DNA of 64,000 nt from Octopus sinensis (lineage: Eukaryota), in contig NC_043002.1 of NCBI RefSeq assembly GCF_006345805.1, positions 45,074,001-45,138,000 of the forward strand. The letters are read 5' to 3'. The position numbers and the translations under genes are program-made. Below, one piece after another: positions 26,340-39,773 of the stretch (position 1 is its first letter; every line of letters starts with the position of its first letter). The notes beneath the pieces were generated by a model, which was given only the letters and a program-made list of their open reading frames with translations, searched no databases and had not been told where the DNA came from.

Positions 26340-27589
26340 ACACTAAAAGTACAACGTACATAATGGAAGTAAATACAGTCATTCACTAGTCGTACAAACT
26401 GAAACAACAAACCTACCATATCTGATAAACATATCTGGGGTGGGGGCGTGTGTATGTATGTATGTATGTAAATCTGTTTTGCACTGTGTACACCGTGATC
26501 TGAAACAATGGTTCTCACATTTATTTTCAAGACGTTCCGGAAGAAGTCAAACATAAATATGCTAATCGCTGTTGTGTATGTCATAGAACAAACTCTTCCT
26601 TTTACATTGTGCTTATAACATACTCGGTTTGCTGGCGCAACGGATTCTGAGACACCGGTGTTTCGACATGTGTCTCGCCAGTCAACTGCACCCGGATCTT
26701 TAAGCGTAAACAAGCCATTGACTTCGTTGTAATTTCAATGAGCATGCCTGTTTATTGATAAGTGCCTACATTTCTCAACCAAAAACAATGAGATCTGAAG
26801 CGATGATTTATATATTCATTCTTAATACGTTCCGGCAGAATCAAGCGCGACTGTAGTTGCTGCTGTGTAGAAATATATTACAATGATATAGAATCATATT
26901 ACGACAGAACATACGCGTGTTACTACAAAAGCAGTATATTGACACATTTGTAACTATATCCATGATATTGACATAAAATACAATATCTAGAGGAGGTAAT
27001 TCGAAAGTCGATATATAATAACTAAAAACTAAATGTATTTGTTCACCTTATCTTACCTAGCGGGTTTATATGAAATGCGGCTGATTCAAATTTATCTTTT
27101 TTCCTTTTTATTACTTGACATCATCTGTCATATGTTCTTACTAGAGATTGCATTTCGAACAGTAATTTTCTTTAACCAATTCTATGGTTTTTCATCAAAG
27201 CTGAAAACATCTGTAATAGGAAATTGTTTGTTATTCTGAATAGAAAAAGCTGTCACTTTTATAAATTTGTTTCCGTGCACTAAATAACTGTTATTGTATA
27301 CATTAGCGTTAAATAATGTATAAAATTTCCACACAAATGTACAGATACACAGGCACACAGACACACAGACACACATACACACAGGCACCCAGACACACAG
27401 GCACACAGACACACAGGCACACAGACACACACATATAGACTCTTCTGCACGGACACACAAACATGCACATATATTTATGTGTATTTATAAACATAAACAT
27501 ACGTGTACATACATTCACACAAACGCGCATTTTCACTAACATGCATTTGTATATGCACACACACACACACACACACACACATGTATATA

Positions 27590-27647
<58 letters not shown>

Positions 27648-28479
27648 GATATGAAAATATATATATATATATATATATATTGTGCGTATGTGTATACACC
27701 ACCAATACATATCTGTATATATATATATCTGTGAGGACTTCCATAGCTTAAAAAATATGTTTACATACAATGGCAGTGCCCCAGAATGGCCAGATTCCGA
27801 AGGCTGAAAGAAATTAAAAAAAATAAAAGTGTAGTAGTAAGTAATAAGAAACTCACTGGAGAGCAAAACAGCAGAAAGTCTTTAAAGAAGAACTCTACTC
27901 CATGCTAGTTTTTCGACCCTTAACTCTTTACATTCTAAAAGGATCGGGCTGCAATCAGGTCAGGACTCTTGGATACCCTACAACTGACACATTCTGTCCA
28001 CATTGTGACCCTTCTGGATGATTAAGATGACCAAGATTCAAGCTACCTCGGTGTTGAAACCGATTTATTTAAGACGATAGTTGGCCGTAGGATAAATTAT
28101 GCCTTTTGAAATTCACTTCCATTTCTCCTTGATCGTGGTTCGGAAAGTACCCAATAACATAATGGAGTCGTGAACGAATTAAATACACTCCTTCACAAGT
28201 CGTACAAACTGAAACACCAACTATGCCATATCTAATAAGCATGTGTGTGTGTGGAAGGTGTGTGTATGTATGTATGTATGTATGTATGTATGTATCTATT
28301 AATCTATATATGTATTTATCTATGTATGTGTAAATTATTTTTGCGCTGTGTACACCAAGATCTGAAACAATGGTTTTCATATTTATTCTTACGACGTTCT
28401 GGAAGAATTCAAACACTAATAAGCTAATCGCTGTTGTTTACGTCACAGAACAACCTCTTCCTTTCACGACAGTGTTTTC

Positions 28480-28527
<48 letters not shown>

Positions 28528-28740
28528 AACATATATTTGTATTCACATATATATACATATACATACATATGTGTGTGCGTATACACCAATACATATTTGC
28601 ATGTATGTGTGTGTGCATGTGTGTGTGAAAGCATATATAGCTTAAGAAATGTGTTTACACACAATAGCAGCGCCGCAGTATGCTCAGTTGACTGTAGAAT
28701 AAATTATGTCTTTTGAAATTCACTTCCACTCCTCCTTGAC
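26340..28740. repeat. Old local tandem duplication (blocks A/B/C)
   Basis: A 26340-26620 resembles A' 28150-28470; B 27680-27790 resembles B' 28570-28690; C 28085-28135 resembles C' 28693-28740. Confidence 0.8.
26647..26685 (-). ncRNA. Minimal type I hammerhead with palindromic stem III; core variant (probably inactive)
   Basis: Minus strand reads TTGA-CTGGCGA-GAC ACAT GTC-GAAA-CACCGGTG-TC-TCAG. Core position 6 is G instead of A. Confidence 0.55.
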
Positions 28741-28744
28741 AAAT

Positions 28745-28975
28745 TCGAGTTGGAAATCTCATTTGCTTCTGCCATTGCCTGCAGAGCTCTGGTTCTCTTC
28801 CTCCCAGAAACTAAGTGCTGCTGCATGAGATCAAATGTAAATTTGCCCACAAATTCTCGCAGACACCTCTATGGCGAGGATTTTGGTTTTTGAAGCCAGA
28901 TTCCCTTAGTTGATTTGAAACTGTCATGTTTTTGGTCTTGTAGATCCGGGTTCCTCCAACCTACTTTCATATGGC
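28745..28975 (-). mobile_element. Hero/R2-group non-LTR element, C-terminal restriction-like endonuclease remnant
   Basis: VPYESRLEE, KTKILAIEV and EFVGK...SGRKRTRALQAMAEANE match the LTVPWE..EEA..PVEVGCRGF C-terminus. Confidence 0.6.
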
Positions 28976-29008
28976 ACATCATATATATATATGTGTGTGT
29001 CTGTGTGT

Positions 29009-29075
<67 letters not shown>

Positions 29076-31399
29076 GTGTAAAAAAATGGAATTAAATAAC
29101 GAAATCAAGATCAATAAAACAAAACCATACAATTTAGAAAGTTATGCACGAAGAGATAACCAGCTTTATCTACTAAGATAATATACTCATACAGACATGG
29201 TGGCTTCAGTTTGTAAGTGTATTATTTTGATACGACATAAGCGAAGGAATTAAAGTTTAATCGGGAAGGAAGGAAGCAAGCAAGCATCGAGCAAAAAATT
29301 GTTCAGATCTTTTTACACAATTTTGGATAAAAATTGATGTTTGTTTCCAATACTCTTAGAGATAATCGGTAGATATTTATTTTTCGTAAACAAGTCATTG
29401 GACACAGTATTCACACGTATTCCCACTCTAATTAGAGCATAGTTGTAAATCATTGGTTGAAACTTCGGTGAAATAGTATACATACAAACTCCATCGACTT
29501 TGTGTGAGTGTGTGTGTAGGAGTGTGTTAACGTGCGTGCGTATGCGTGTGCGGATGCTCGTATGCTTGTTACACTGATTCTGTTCGCCGTACATATGATA
29601 AGCTTCAGACGAGACTCTACACACTTCTAATAAAAAAGTGTATTGAGAACTGCTGCTGTTTCTTCCGCAGCTTAACGAATCAATATCGACTATAATGAAC
29701 TTTATTGTATTTATAGGGAGAGACAGAAAAGTATGTATGTATGTATGTATGTATGTATGCATGTATGTATGTATGTATGTATGTATGTATGTATGTATGT
29801 ATGTATGTATGTATGTGTGTGTATGTATGTATGTATGTATGTATGTATGTTTGTATGGATGGATGTATGGATGGATGGGTGGATGGATGGAGTGTGTGCG
29901 TATGTATGTATAATTTCTTTTCTTGCCTACTTTAGTGCAAAAGTAGAATGTAGGGAGGCAGGAAAGAGAAGTAACACTAAAGAGGAAAAAGAGAGAGGGT
30001 GAAGATTAACAAATGAGAAGATTAACAGAGAGAAGATTAACGGAGAGAAGATTAACAGATGGGGTGTAAAAAAGATTGTAGATACAATGGAGTGAGAAAG
30101 AGAGACAAATTACAGGACGTGGGAGAAAGAGGGCACGATAAAGAAAGGAAGGATGGAAGGATGGTATACGTACGCACATGCAAGCACACTAACGCATGCA
30201 AATATGTACTCACACACACATATATATATATATGTATATATACACACATGCATACATACGTGCACACACGCACACACATCATAAGTGATTACGACGTCAC
30301 ATTAAAATTTCTCTCATAAATTCTGGCGTCTTCGAGATTTACGTTGAGTCTGTTTTAAATTAAACCCTTGTACTTTCATCTAAAAATCGATTTTCAGCTC
30401 GGTTAGCGGAAGACCACATCTATGGACAATCATAACATCAGAGTGTTCAGATGGAGCTACTGGAGCGGTATGCATATGAGCATCATGTTAGTGATCTCTT
30501 GACGTGTCTTTTCATGGATGATAAAACTAGGTGTAATGCGATCAAGGTCAGTAAACGTGAGATCACCTCTGGACACTTTGCTATACAGAACTTCAATAGC
30601 CTGCAGTTTGCTAACATTACATTTTGCGATTTCATGGGCAATTCAAATTTTCTCAAGTTACAGGCTACTCTTTCTATTAACAAACTGTCATTCACTTCTC
30701 TTCAGTGGGAGATGTTCGCAATTAAGTTCTAATGATCAAGAGATACTGTTTGCATTCTGAGAACTCTTGTTTGATTTGCGCTGGGGATGCTTACTGAAAA
30801 CTAATTCGCTAAAACATAATTGCTTTTAGAAGCCTGAAATTATCAATTCATCGCATATGATACTTGATGAGATGAGCTTCTGTACTGAGGCTGCTTGTTC
30901 TTTTCAGAACTTCTGTCTAAAAAAAGTTTTCCTGTTGTTACATTATATCTAACTGACAGGTTTATAGTCCAGTCTGACAGTGGAGACCTCTGACGTACTC
31001 GTCCCCCTGCTCACCACTAGCAGGGCTGGGATGGCTAACCGCACCAGCCTTCGGGGCAATGCTTTTTCCATTTTGTCTTCTGGGATTATAAGGCGGTCAG
31101 AATTGCAGGAAATCGAGAGAATGTAGGAATTTCGTAACTTAAACTTTTTTAGATATCATTTTTTGCGAATTAAGTAGATAGGCAATTTGGGGTAGTGGGG
31201 AAGAGTTTCGAGTGTCTGGAATGTAGTGTGTTATGTTGCTGTCTCTAGGATATCACTTCCATCATTAACTATTAATCCTTAATTTTTACAATTCAGAGAT
31301 TATTTGTTTACCTCTGCTCTTCTTCCTCCTATTCTTTCTTAGTTTAAACTTTTCTGATAAAATTGCTCGTCTATTTTGATGTGTCGTCAATAAGGAGAC

Positions 31400-31690
31400 C
31401 ATGTCTTAAATGATTATAGAAAAGATGCGATAAGGCGAGCATTATAGATGCAACGTCTTTATAGTAGTGCGTAGTTTCACAAATATTATAACAAACTTAG
31501 GAGGGTAACCCTAAGGCTCCTACGCTTTTCTTAGATTCACCATTGGACATTTCTTTTCACCGTGTTAAAAGTTTTTTTAAGACCAACAAAAATTCACTTA
31601 AGAAGGAGTCTCTACTCTTGCAACTGCCATACGCTAAAAACCACGTTTGTGAACATCATCCAGACCCGATCCACGTTGAGACTCTGAGAT
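31400..31690 (-). mobile_element. RTE-clade LINE RT fragment
   Basis: WQLQE...IFVGLKKTFNTVKRNVQW and GYPPKFVII resemble QLQEKC..FVDLxKAFDTV.R..LW..GCPxKF. Confidence 0.65.
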
Positions 31691-31970
31691 AACGATGAAA
31701 CATGCTCCTTTAATTGATATATTTCCATCAGTCAACAATTTTTTACTTTGTATAGCATTGGATTAGTATTGGATTTGTATATCAATGAAATTAGTATAAC
31801 ATCTCTCTAATCAAGTAGAATTACATCAAACAAAATCATTTCTTGCTTGTGAGACATGAGATTAATAGCACATATTTGAGCAGTTGCATGTTCCCCGGTT
31901 ACGTGTTCTATGTGCAGCATTGTTCAAATTCACAGGGTATATACGAAAAGTTATTTAAATTTTAAAATGT

Positions 31971-32021
<51 letters not shown>

Positions 32022-32027
<6 letters not shown>

Positions 32028-32904
32028 GGATGAAAAGTAAGTAGGCATTAAAAATTGGTAATAAGATCCATATTCCTTTACATATTTATTGAAACAAATG
32101 ATACGTGTTCTTTATTACATGGGAAAATGAGAGTAAATCTTCATATTTCAACTTAAGCACCGGTGGCATCTACCAGTTTCCTCAAACGACCAGGGATGGA
32201 ATGAACAACATTCGTCTGGGATATTGAGAACCTCCTTAATCCGTGTCTCCAAGTCCTCCATCGTGCGAGATTTTGTCTTGTACGCCTCCTCTTTTGTGTA
32301 ACCCCACAGGTAAAAATCACATGGAGTGAAATCTGGACTTCTTAGAGTTTCGGATTTCTGGACTTCTGCGGTCACCGTCTTCAGGTTTTAGCTTCTGTAC
32401 GTAATGGGATTTCTACAAACGAAAATTCAATTCTTTATGCAACACCGTACGTATTGTGTGTCTTGTTAGTCCACTTTCACAAGCTTCTTGACATGTTGAT
32501 TTTTGCAGGCTACGATTAAACATTTCCTGCATTGATGCCACGTTCTCTGTTGATCAGGATGTGGTTGGACGACCACTTCTTTTTGCATCGTTCACAGAGC
32601 TCGTGGTCGTCAGTTTTGTATGACAACTTTTTATTGTCCTTGTAGTGTTGCATGCTTACCTTTCCATGCACGCCACCATCTCTGAACCAAACCAATGGAA
32701 TTCCACACTTCATACTGTACTGCTATCTTAGCTCACTCCTGAACAGTCAAGCGACCGGCCATCTGGAAAATAAGAAATAGACGATAAAGAAATAAGAAAT
32801 CCTTATTAGTGTTGTCTGTTTAAAAAATGTCTTCGTCGTGACTTCAGTGATACTAAAAGTTTTATAAGCAATTTCTAAAGCCTAGTTACTTTTCACCTAC
32901 CCTG
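32022..32904 (-). mobile_element. Internally deleted Tc1/mariner (DD37D-type) element
   Basis: ~25-bp TIRs (T/C)AGGGT.G.TGAAAAGTAA.TAGGC with TA flanks. Transposase motifs HTIRTVLHKELNF..VQKLKPED and RSPDFTPCDFYLWGYTKEEAY. Confidence 0.85.
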
Positions 32905-32944
32905 TATATTTCAAATTTGAGTGACTTTCAAATGTGTACGTTAT

Positions 32945-33594
32945 GACGAAGGTGAGTTGTGTTGCAAAATATATATTTCCATACATCGCCTGCTTTTATA
33001 GAGAGTGTGACTCGGGTCGTTCTGCTTTCCTTTATGTCCGTTTATTAAGGTCATGTGACAGTCGCAATGGGACGTCATGTTAAAGGTTTAGTCCTATAGA
33101 TATGTCAAAACAATAGCTATGGAAGGTGACATTCGAACCTGAATTTAGAGTAGCTTTAGCCTTTCGGTTGTGTCCAGTATCTGTGTGAGCAAATAAACAT
33201 GTTGTAATCCCTATCTATGACTATATAACAATTCGTTACTTTAGTTTCGCTGGCTTTATTTAACAGCGTATTATTATACTTCAGATTCACAACACTTGAT
33301 ATCACAGAATCTGGTTAACAGATTACAATGAATAGTTTCAGTCAAAAAATATATGAATGATAATATATTTTACGGATTGATATTAAAGGGAATATATCTT
33401 GAGAATTTTATGACTGTAATGTATGAAATGCTCAAACGTATAAAATACCTTAATCTTCAGAAATGAATAAACCCACGATCGATAAAAACGATGAAAATGT
33501 AAGCAGAAAGCCTCTCCATAGCCTTCAAAAATTCGTAATGGGAGCTTTAAGATAATTGTAAATAGATTCAATAAGTATACGTTCCTGTACTACT

Positions 33595-33630
<36 letters not shown>

Positions 33631-33635
33631 TGTGT

Positions 33636-33681
<46 letters not shown>

Positions 33682-34760
33682 TGGTGTGTGTGTGTGTCCA
33701 GACACTTTAGTAAAGAAACTATCATACTTCATTCACATTTCCGTTTCATTGCACGAGAAAAGTTTGTCTTCATATGTTTAGATGCAATAGATTTAATATA
33801 AAAAGTTGTATCCCTAAAGTAAACTAGGAAAAATTTATATCAGGTATACATAATGACAGCGTTAAATGAAGCAATGCATAAACTGAAATCAGAAACAAAA
33901 TTATATCAAGGGAAACATTAATATTCAAAATAACAATCAACGAAAATAAGCGTTTTTGAAAATCTACACTGAAAGCAAAAATAACGAAAATGAAATTAGT
34001 TTGGTGGTATTGTCGATAGTATGCAATCCTCGTATTTTCTATAGACGAATACCAATATGACCTCAAAATTCTGTTTGAATGAGTATCTTAAACTGCAAAA
34101 TTATCATGGGAAGGTAGCATGTTTTTAAAGAATAAAAGAAAAAAATCTTTATAGTGAAATCAAAAACGAAAATTCACTAATGAGAAAACACACATTATAT
34201 CGAATTTATAAGCAGTAAAAATAGAAATACTTAAGTTTTGCGAAATCCCAAATGTATACAACAAAGGCTGTAAAAATTTTATCACTAATATAAAAAAATA
34301 AAACAGTTTAATTCCAAGCAAACTGAATTATAAATTTTGTAAAAGCAAACTTGAACTGGTCAAAGTATCACAACTCGACTAGAAGAGGTTATTGTAGGTC
34401 TATCTAAAGGAAATGTAGTGGCACTTGGAAGAAATATAAAATATCTTACATATTTACGGATTGATATTAAAGGGAATATTTCTTGAGAATTTTATGAGTG
34501 CAATGTATGAAATGCTCAAACGTATAAAATACCTTAATCTTCAGAAATGAATAAATATATTACATTTACGGCAAAAGAAGGAATTTGGAAGAGAATAAAT
34601 CTGAAAAGTTTAGGCCAAATGGAAAGTACTTATGAACTTTTCAAGATATATGGTATTTTGAAGAGCACCATAATGACATGACTCACAAAAGGAACGAAAA
34701 TATACTTTAACCTCAAAGCTGAAGAAATGTCATACCTCAGAAAAATAATTCTATAATTTG
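32945..34760 (+). pseudogene. Decayed LRR ectodomain (TLR-like N-terminal part)
   Basis: SCDSRN..IDMSKQ*LWKV, TTLDITESG*QITMNSFS, NDNIFYGL, LKRIKYLNLQK*IN, PLHSLQKF and KYLTYLRIDIKGN. Interrupted by (TG)n; many stops. Confidence 0.4.
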
Positions 34761-34779
34761 TCCCTTTATATTCTACATA

Positions 34780-35184
34780 GGCGTAGGAGTGGCTGTGTGG
34801 TAAGTAGCTTGCTTACGAACCACATGGTTCCGGGTTCAGTTCCACTGCGTGGCACCTTGGGCAAGTGCCTTCTACTATAGCCTCTGGCCGACTAAAGCCT
34901 TGTGAGTGGATACGGTAAACGGAAACTGAGAGAAGCCCGTCGTATATATGTATATGTATATATGTGTATGTGTTTGTGTGTCTGTGTTTGTCCCCCACCC
35001 CACCCAACATCGCTTGAAAACCGGTGTGTTTACGTCTCCATAACTTAGCGGTTCGGCAAAAGAGATCCGACAGAATAAGTACCAGGCTTACAAAGAATAA
35101 GTCCTGGGGTCGATTTGCTCGACGAAAAAGACGATGCTCCAGCATGGCCACAGTCAAATGACTGAAACAAGTAAAAGAGTAAAG
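34780..35184 (+). mobile_element. Octopus OK-type SINE, full length
   Basis: tRNA-like head GGCGTAGGAGTGGCTGTGTGGTAAG...GGTTCAGTTCC; body; tail CCAGCATGGCCACAGTCAAATGACTGAAAC(AAGTAAAAG)n. Confidence 0.9.
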
Positions 35185-35452
35185 ACTTCTGGACAAAATC
35201 TCTAGAGCCTCAGAAAAAGAAAATACCTGGAGTTATTTCTTCTCTTTCTTTGCGTTCTGAGTACAAATCTCGCCAAGCCCAATTTACCTTTCAATGATAA
35301 AACAGATTGATAAAATAAAATACCAGTCAAGCACTAAGGTCGCTCTTATCGACTAATCCCCTCCCCTTAAAATTGATGCCCTTGTACATAAATTGGAAGC
35401 CATTTTACAAGGCTTTCACATCAGTATTTAATATTGTTACACCAGTTACCCC

Positions 35453-35667
35453 AAGGCGGTGCGCTGGTTGAATCGTTAGCACGCCGAGCATATGCTTAAG
35501 GGCATTTGGTCCGTTTTTACGATCTGAGTTCAAATTACGCTGAGGTTGATTTTGCTTTTTATCCTTTGGGGATCAATGAATTAAATACTAGTTGAACAAT
35601 GGAGTCGATGCAATCGACTTACTCGCTCCCCCGAATTGCTAGACCCGAGCCAAAATTTTAAACCAAC
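35453..35667 (+). mobile_element. OR-type SINE
   Basis: GGCGGTGCGCTGGTTGAATCGTTAGC...TCTGAGTTCAAATT...GTCGATGCAATCGACT. Confidence 0.8.
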
Positions 35668-35990
35668 ATTAAGTCACTTGCTTTCTCATTCAAAATCCAG
35701 AATCTGGTTGAATCGACTTTACATTTCATCCTAATGATCTCTATGTTGACTTTCACATATCTATGGCGATAAAATGAGAACAAATTATACATTTCGGTGG
35801 TCCATATATATATACATATATATATATGTGTGTGTGTGTGTGAACGTGTGTGTGTGTGTATACATATATATGTGTGTGAGTGTGCATATATATATATATG
35901 TGTGTGTGTTCGTGTATATATATATGTATACATAAATATATGTGCTTGTGTATATATGCATGTATATAGGTGTGTGAGCATATATACATA

Positions 35991-36049
<59 letters not shown>

Positions 36050-36090
36050 GTGTATATATACACATATATATGTGTATATATATATGTGTG

Positions 36091-36122
<32 letters not shown>

Positions 36123-36937
36123 TGTTTGTGTATATAGTAACAGACTGTTGAAAAGAGATCCTTCAAAGGGGTGTGTTAAATATCCAATTCACTGGTAGTC
36201 AGTTGAATACCATATAAATATGGGTATAATGCAATTACAAAGAAATTCAACAGTGAGATATTATTGACAATCCAATAATTTATTTATTTTATAATATTAA
36301 ATGATATACTACGAATATAACATAATATTATATAACATAATTATTTTTTTTTAAATACCATAAAAAGCCAACAAATTGTTTCGACTTATTTACATTTTCT
36401 GATATATATATATAAGTCACTTCATGGTTATGGTTTAAAGATAGACGAAATTCCGTGTGAAAGGACGGCTGGATTGTAAAAACTAATTCAAATATCTATG
36501 TATTATGAGCATGGGCGTTGACTATTCAATCCTACATCAATTACAATTAAAAAAACAACAAAAAAACTCTAATGGACGATACAACCAAGTAAGTGCAATC
36601 CACAACCATCGAAATTTACTTCATTACATATCGAACACATACCAATCGAAACCCGGTATGGCTATATATTCAATTGTCAATATCTCTCCATTTAATTTAT
36701 CTTTATATGTGATATGTATATATATATATTGTCAATAATAAAAGGGTAAAATTAATTAATTATTAATTAATAATTTTACCAAATAGTGTTCAGTATGTAA
36801 AAAGACCATTTACCGTATATTTAAAATGTTACGTTATATAATTAGGGTTCAGTAAAATAATTTACTTTACCACACACCGAACTTTTAGAAATAGCAGCCA
36901 AAAAATTTTTGCTATTTCCTCTACTATAACGTAATAT

Positions 36938-36995
36938 ATTGATTGATTGATTCCAGTTTCAGCTCATGAGCTGTGGCCATGCTGGGGCACCGCCA
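36938..36995 (-). mobile_element. Extremely 5'-truncated copy of the CR1 3' end
   Basis: Matches 37330-37385: (TTGA)n TTCCAG..GAGCTGTGGCCATGCTGGGGCACCGCCAT. Confidence 0.8.
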
Positions 36996-37226
36996 TATAT
37001 ATTCATTGCTAAACCTCGCTAAGATAAATATTTCAATTACCTGAAGATTTACTGTAACCATAACTCGAATTATTACGAATTGGACAGCCATGAAACGATC
37101 GTAGTATTTTACTCATTATCTTTTATTATATATACTTTTGATATATATTTAAAATAATATAAATTAATTAATATTATGTATTGGCTTAAGTTTTTCATTG
37201 TTTGATTTGCCTAATAGTGGTTTATC

Positions 37227-37295
<69 letters not shown>

Positions 37296-37314
37296 TGTAT
37301 GTATGTATGTATGT

Positions 37315-39695
37315 ATTGATTGATTGATTGATTGATTGATTCCAGTTCCAGCCTATGAGCTGTGGCCATGCTGGGGCACCGCCATTTGGTGTTGCTACTT
37401 GGTTTTACTTCATGGAGGCTTTCTAGCAACTGCTATTTGGTGCATGAGAGAGTTCGATGCAGCTGCCCTCATCTGCCCCTCCTGCCGTGAAGTTGGTTCA
37501 TCTGGGACACCTGACAGGAAGAGATCCAGCTTCATTTTAAAGACATCTGTATCCACCCCATGCAGGTCTCTCAGGTTCTTCGGGAGGATATTGAAGAGCT
37601 GTGGGCCTCGGAAGCCCAGGCTATCACAGAATCTTGTCCTACATCTTGATGGCAGGTTTGGAGTCCTAGGCACCACGCAGTGGCGCCCAGTTCTGGCATT
37701 TGTGTAACTCTCGATGCCAAAGTTCAGGACACTTCCCTCCAGGATCTTCCAGATGTATATTATGGCATATCTTCCCGCCTACGCTCCAGGGAGTATAATT
37801 TTAATCTCTTGAGTCTTTCCCAGTAGCTTACATTCTGCATAGAGGCTATCTTCTTTGTGTAGCTTCGTTGGATCGCCTCAAGTTCTGTGATCAACTTGAC
37901 ACTGGATGGTGACCATAGCTGAGAGCAATAGTCAAAGTGGCTTAGGACAAGTGTCTTCCAGAGGACCATCATGGTTTCTTGTTCTCTTGTTCTAAAGGTT
38001 CTAAGAATCCAGCCAGCCAGCCGTCTACATTTCACTGTCAGTTTAGCAACATGTACATGAAAGGTCGCGTCATCACTCATGTGAATACCCAGGTCACGCA
38101 CTGATTGTGCCTCTGGGATTGCAATCCCTCCGGGTCCAGTGTATTCATTGGGTATTGCATTCAATTTTGCATGCTGATAGTATAAAGCTTGAAACTTTCC
38201 AGCATTGAACTGCATGCTATTCTTTTCAGCCCACTTGTATATTTCGTCCAGCTCACATTGCAGGTTTTTAGTGTCCTCAGGGTTCTGTATTGCCTGTGAA
38301 ACTTTTGTATCATCTGCATAACTTGTGATCGTGGATCTCTGCGTGGCTGAGGGCATGTCTGAGAGGGCCATTATGAACAGTAGTGGTCCCAAAACAGTGC
38401 CCTGTGGAACACCACTCATTATTTGCGTGTTAATGGAAGTGGCCCCATTGGCTACTACCACCTGACTTCTATTCTTCAGAAAGTCGTGAAGCCATTCTCC
38501 TAGTTTTCCAACTATGCCAAGATCACGCAGCCTGTGACATATCATTCCGTGATCGACTTTATCGAAGGCCTTTGCGAAGTCGAGATATATGACTTCCACA
38601 TTTGAGTGGTTGAGCAGTTGTTTCAGCACCCAGTCATAGTGCTGCAGGAGCTGAGTTAAGCAGCTTCTTCCTGGTCGGAAACCATGTTGGGTGTCAGGCA
38701 GCAAGTCATTTTCTTCAAGGAAGGTGATTAGTTTCCTTCTGACTATTCGCTCCATGACCTTGCTGATGTGTGAGGTCAGAGAGATAGGTCTGTAGTTCTT
38801 TGCCTCCGCTCTGCTACCTCCTTTATGAATAGGGCATATTTTACCTTCCTTCAGTCCCCTTGGAAGTTGCCAGCTGCAAGGAAGCTCTGAAAGAGGGACT
38901 GCAGTGGTCTTGCTAAGACTCTCTTACATACTTTTAGGAGGATTGCCGGGAATCCATCGGGGCCAGTAGCTGAGTCTATTTTCATTTCATCTATAGCCTT
39001 TATTACATCGTCTTCCTTTATCTCGATGTAACTTATCGTCGCCGCCTCTGATTCTATATCTGCAGTGGTAAAGAAGTCAGTTGGATTGCTGATTTGGAAA
39101 TGCCCAAGGGGTGGAGTGAAAACACTCTTGAATTGTTCATTCAGTATTTCACTTACCCTCATTGGTTTTCCTGTGAGTGTGCCATCCTTTTCAAGGAGTG
39201 GCCCTATCCCACAGTGCACTGTAGCCGTTTCTTGGCATACCTGTAGAAAGCTCTGGGGTTAGTTTTTATGTTTCTATAGCCCAGGCTTCTTTGTCTGCTC
39301 TCTTCCTTCTCATGGGAAAGTTGCAGACAATTTTCAATTTCCAACAGTTTTAATTTCAGGCGGGACTTCACTACTTTCAATTTGTTTGTTTAGGCGATTT
39401 GAAATTTTTGTACGCCGTCTCATTAGAATTTTCCTCTCTCTGGGGATTTTGTTCTTGTGTACAGTGGCCTTTCTCTCTGGGACACATTTGTAGCATATGG
39501 CTTGCATTACAGACATGAATTGTTGAAGTATCATGTCGATGTCCGGCGAGGAGAGACATTCAGGCCAGTTTTGTTTGAGGATCTCTTTCTCAATTTGTTT
39601 CCAGTTTGCCTTATTGAAGTTCAAGCTGGAAGATTCTGAGGGTTTCTTGTAGGCTGCATGTCCGTGCTCTCTTTTGGCCCGTACATGGTCAGCTC
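37315..39695 (-). mobile_element. CR1-clade LINE, 5'-truncated, with a largely intact RT
   Basis: The 331-aa ORF at 37760-38755 has QHGFRPGRSC, YLDFAKAFDKV, GVPQGTVLGPLLF, YADD and DLG. The upstream post-endonuclease region begins LNFNKANW. (TCAA)n tail. Frameshifts and an internal deletion near 39265-39330. Confidence 0.95.
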
Positions 39696-39701
39696 TATAT
39701 A

Positions 39702-39773
<72 letters not shown>

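Noticed and set aside
26485-26505. CVHRDLK kinase-like motif
   Set aside because: It is followed by QWFSH rather than xxN, no other kinase motifs or splice sites are present, and the paralogous block reads HQDLK.
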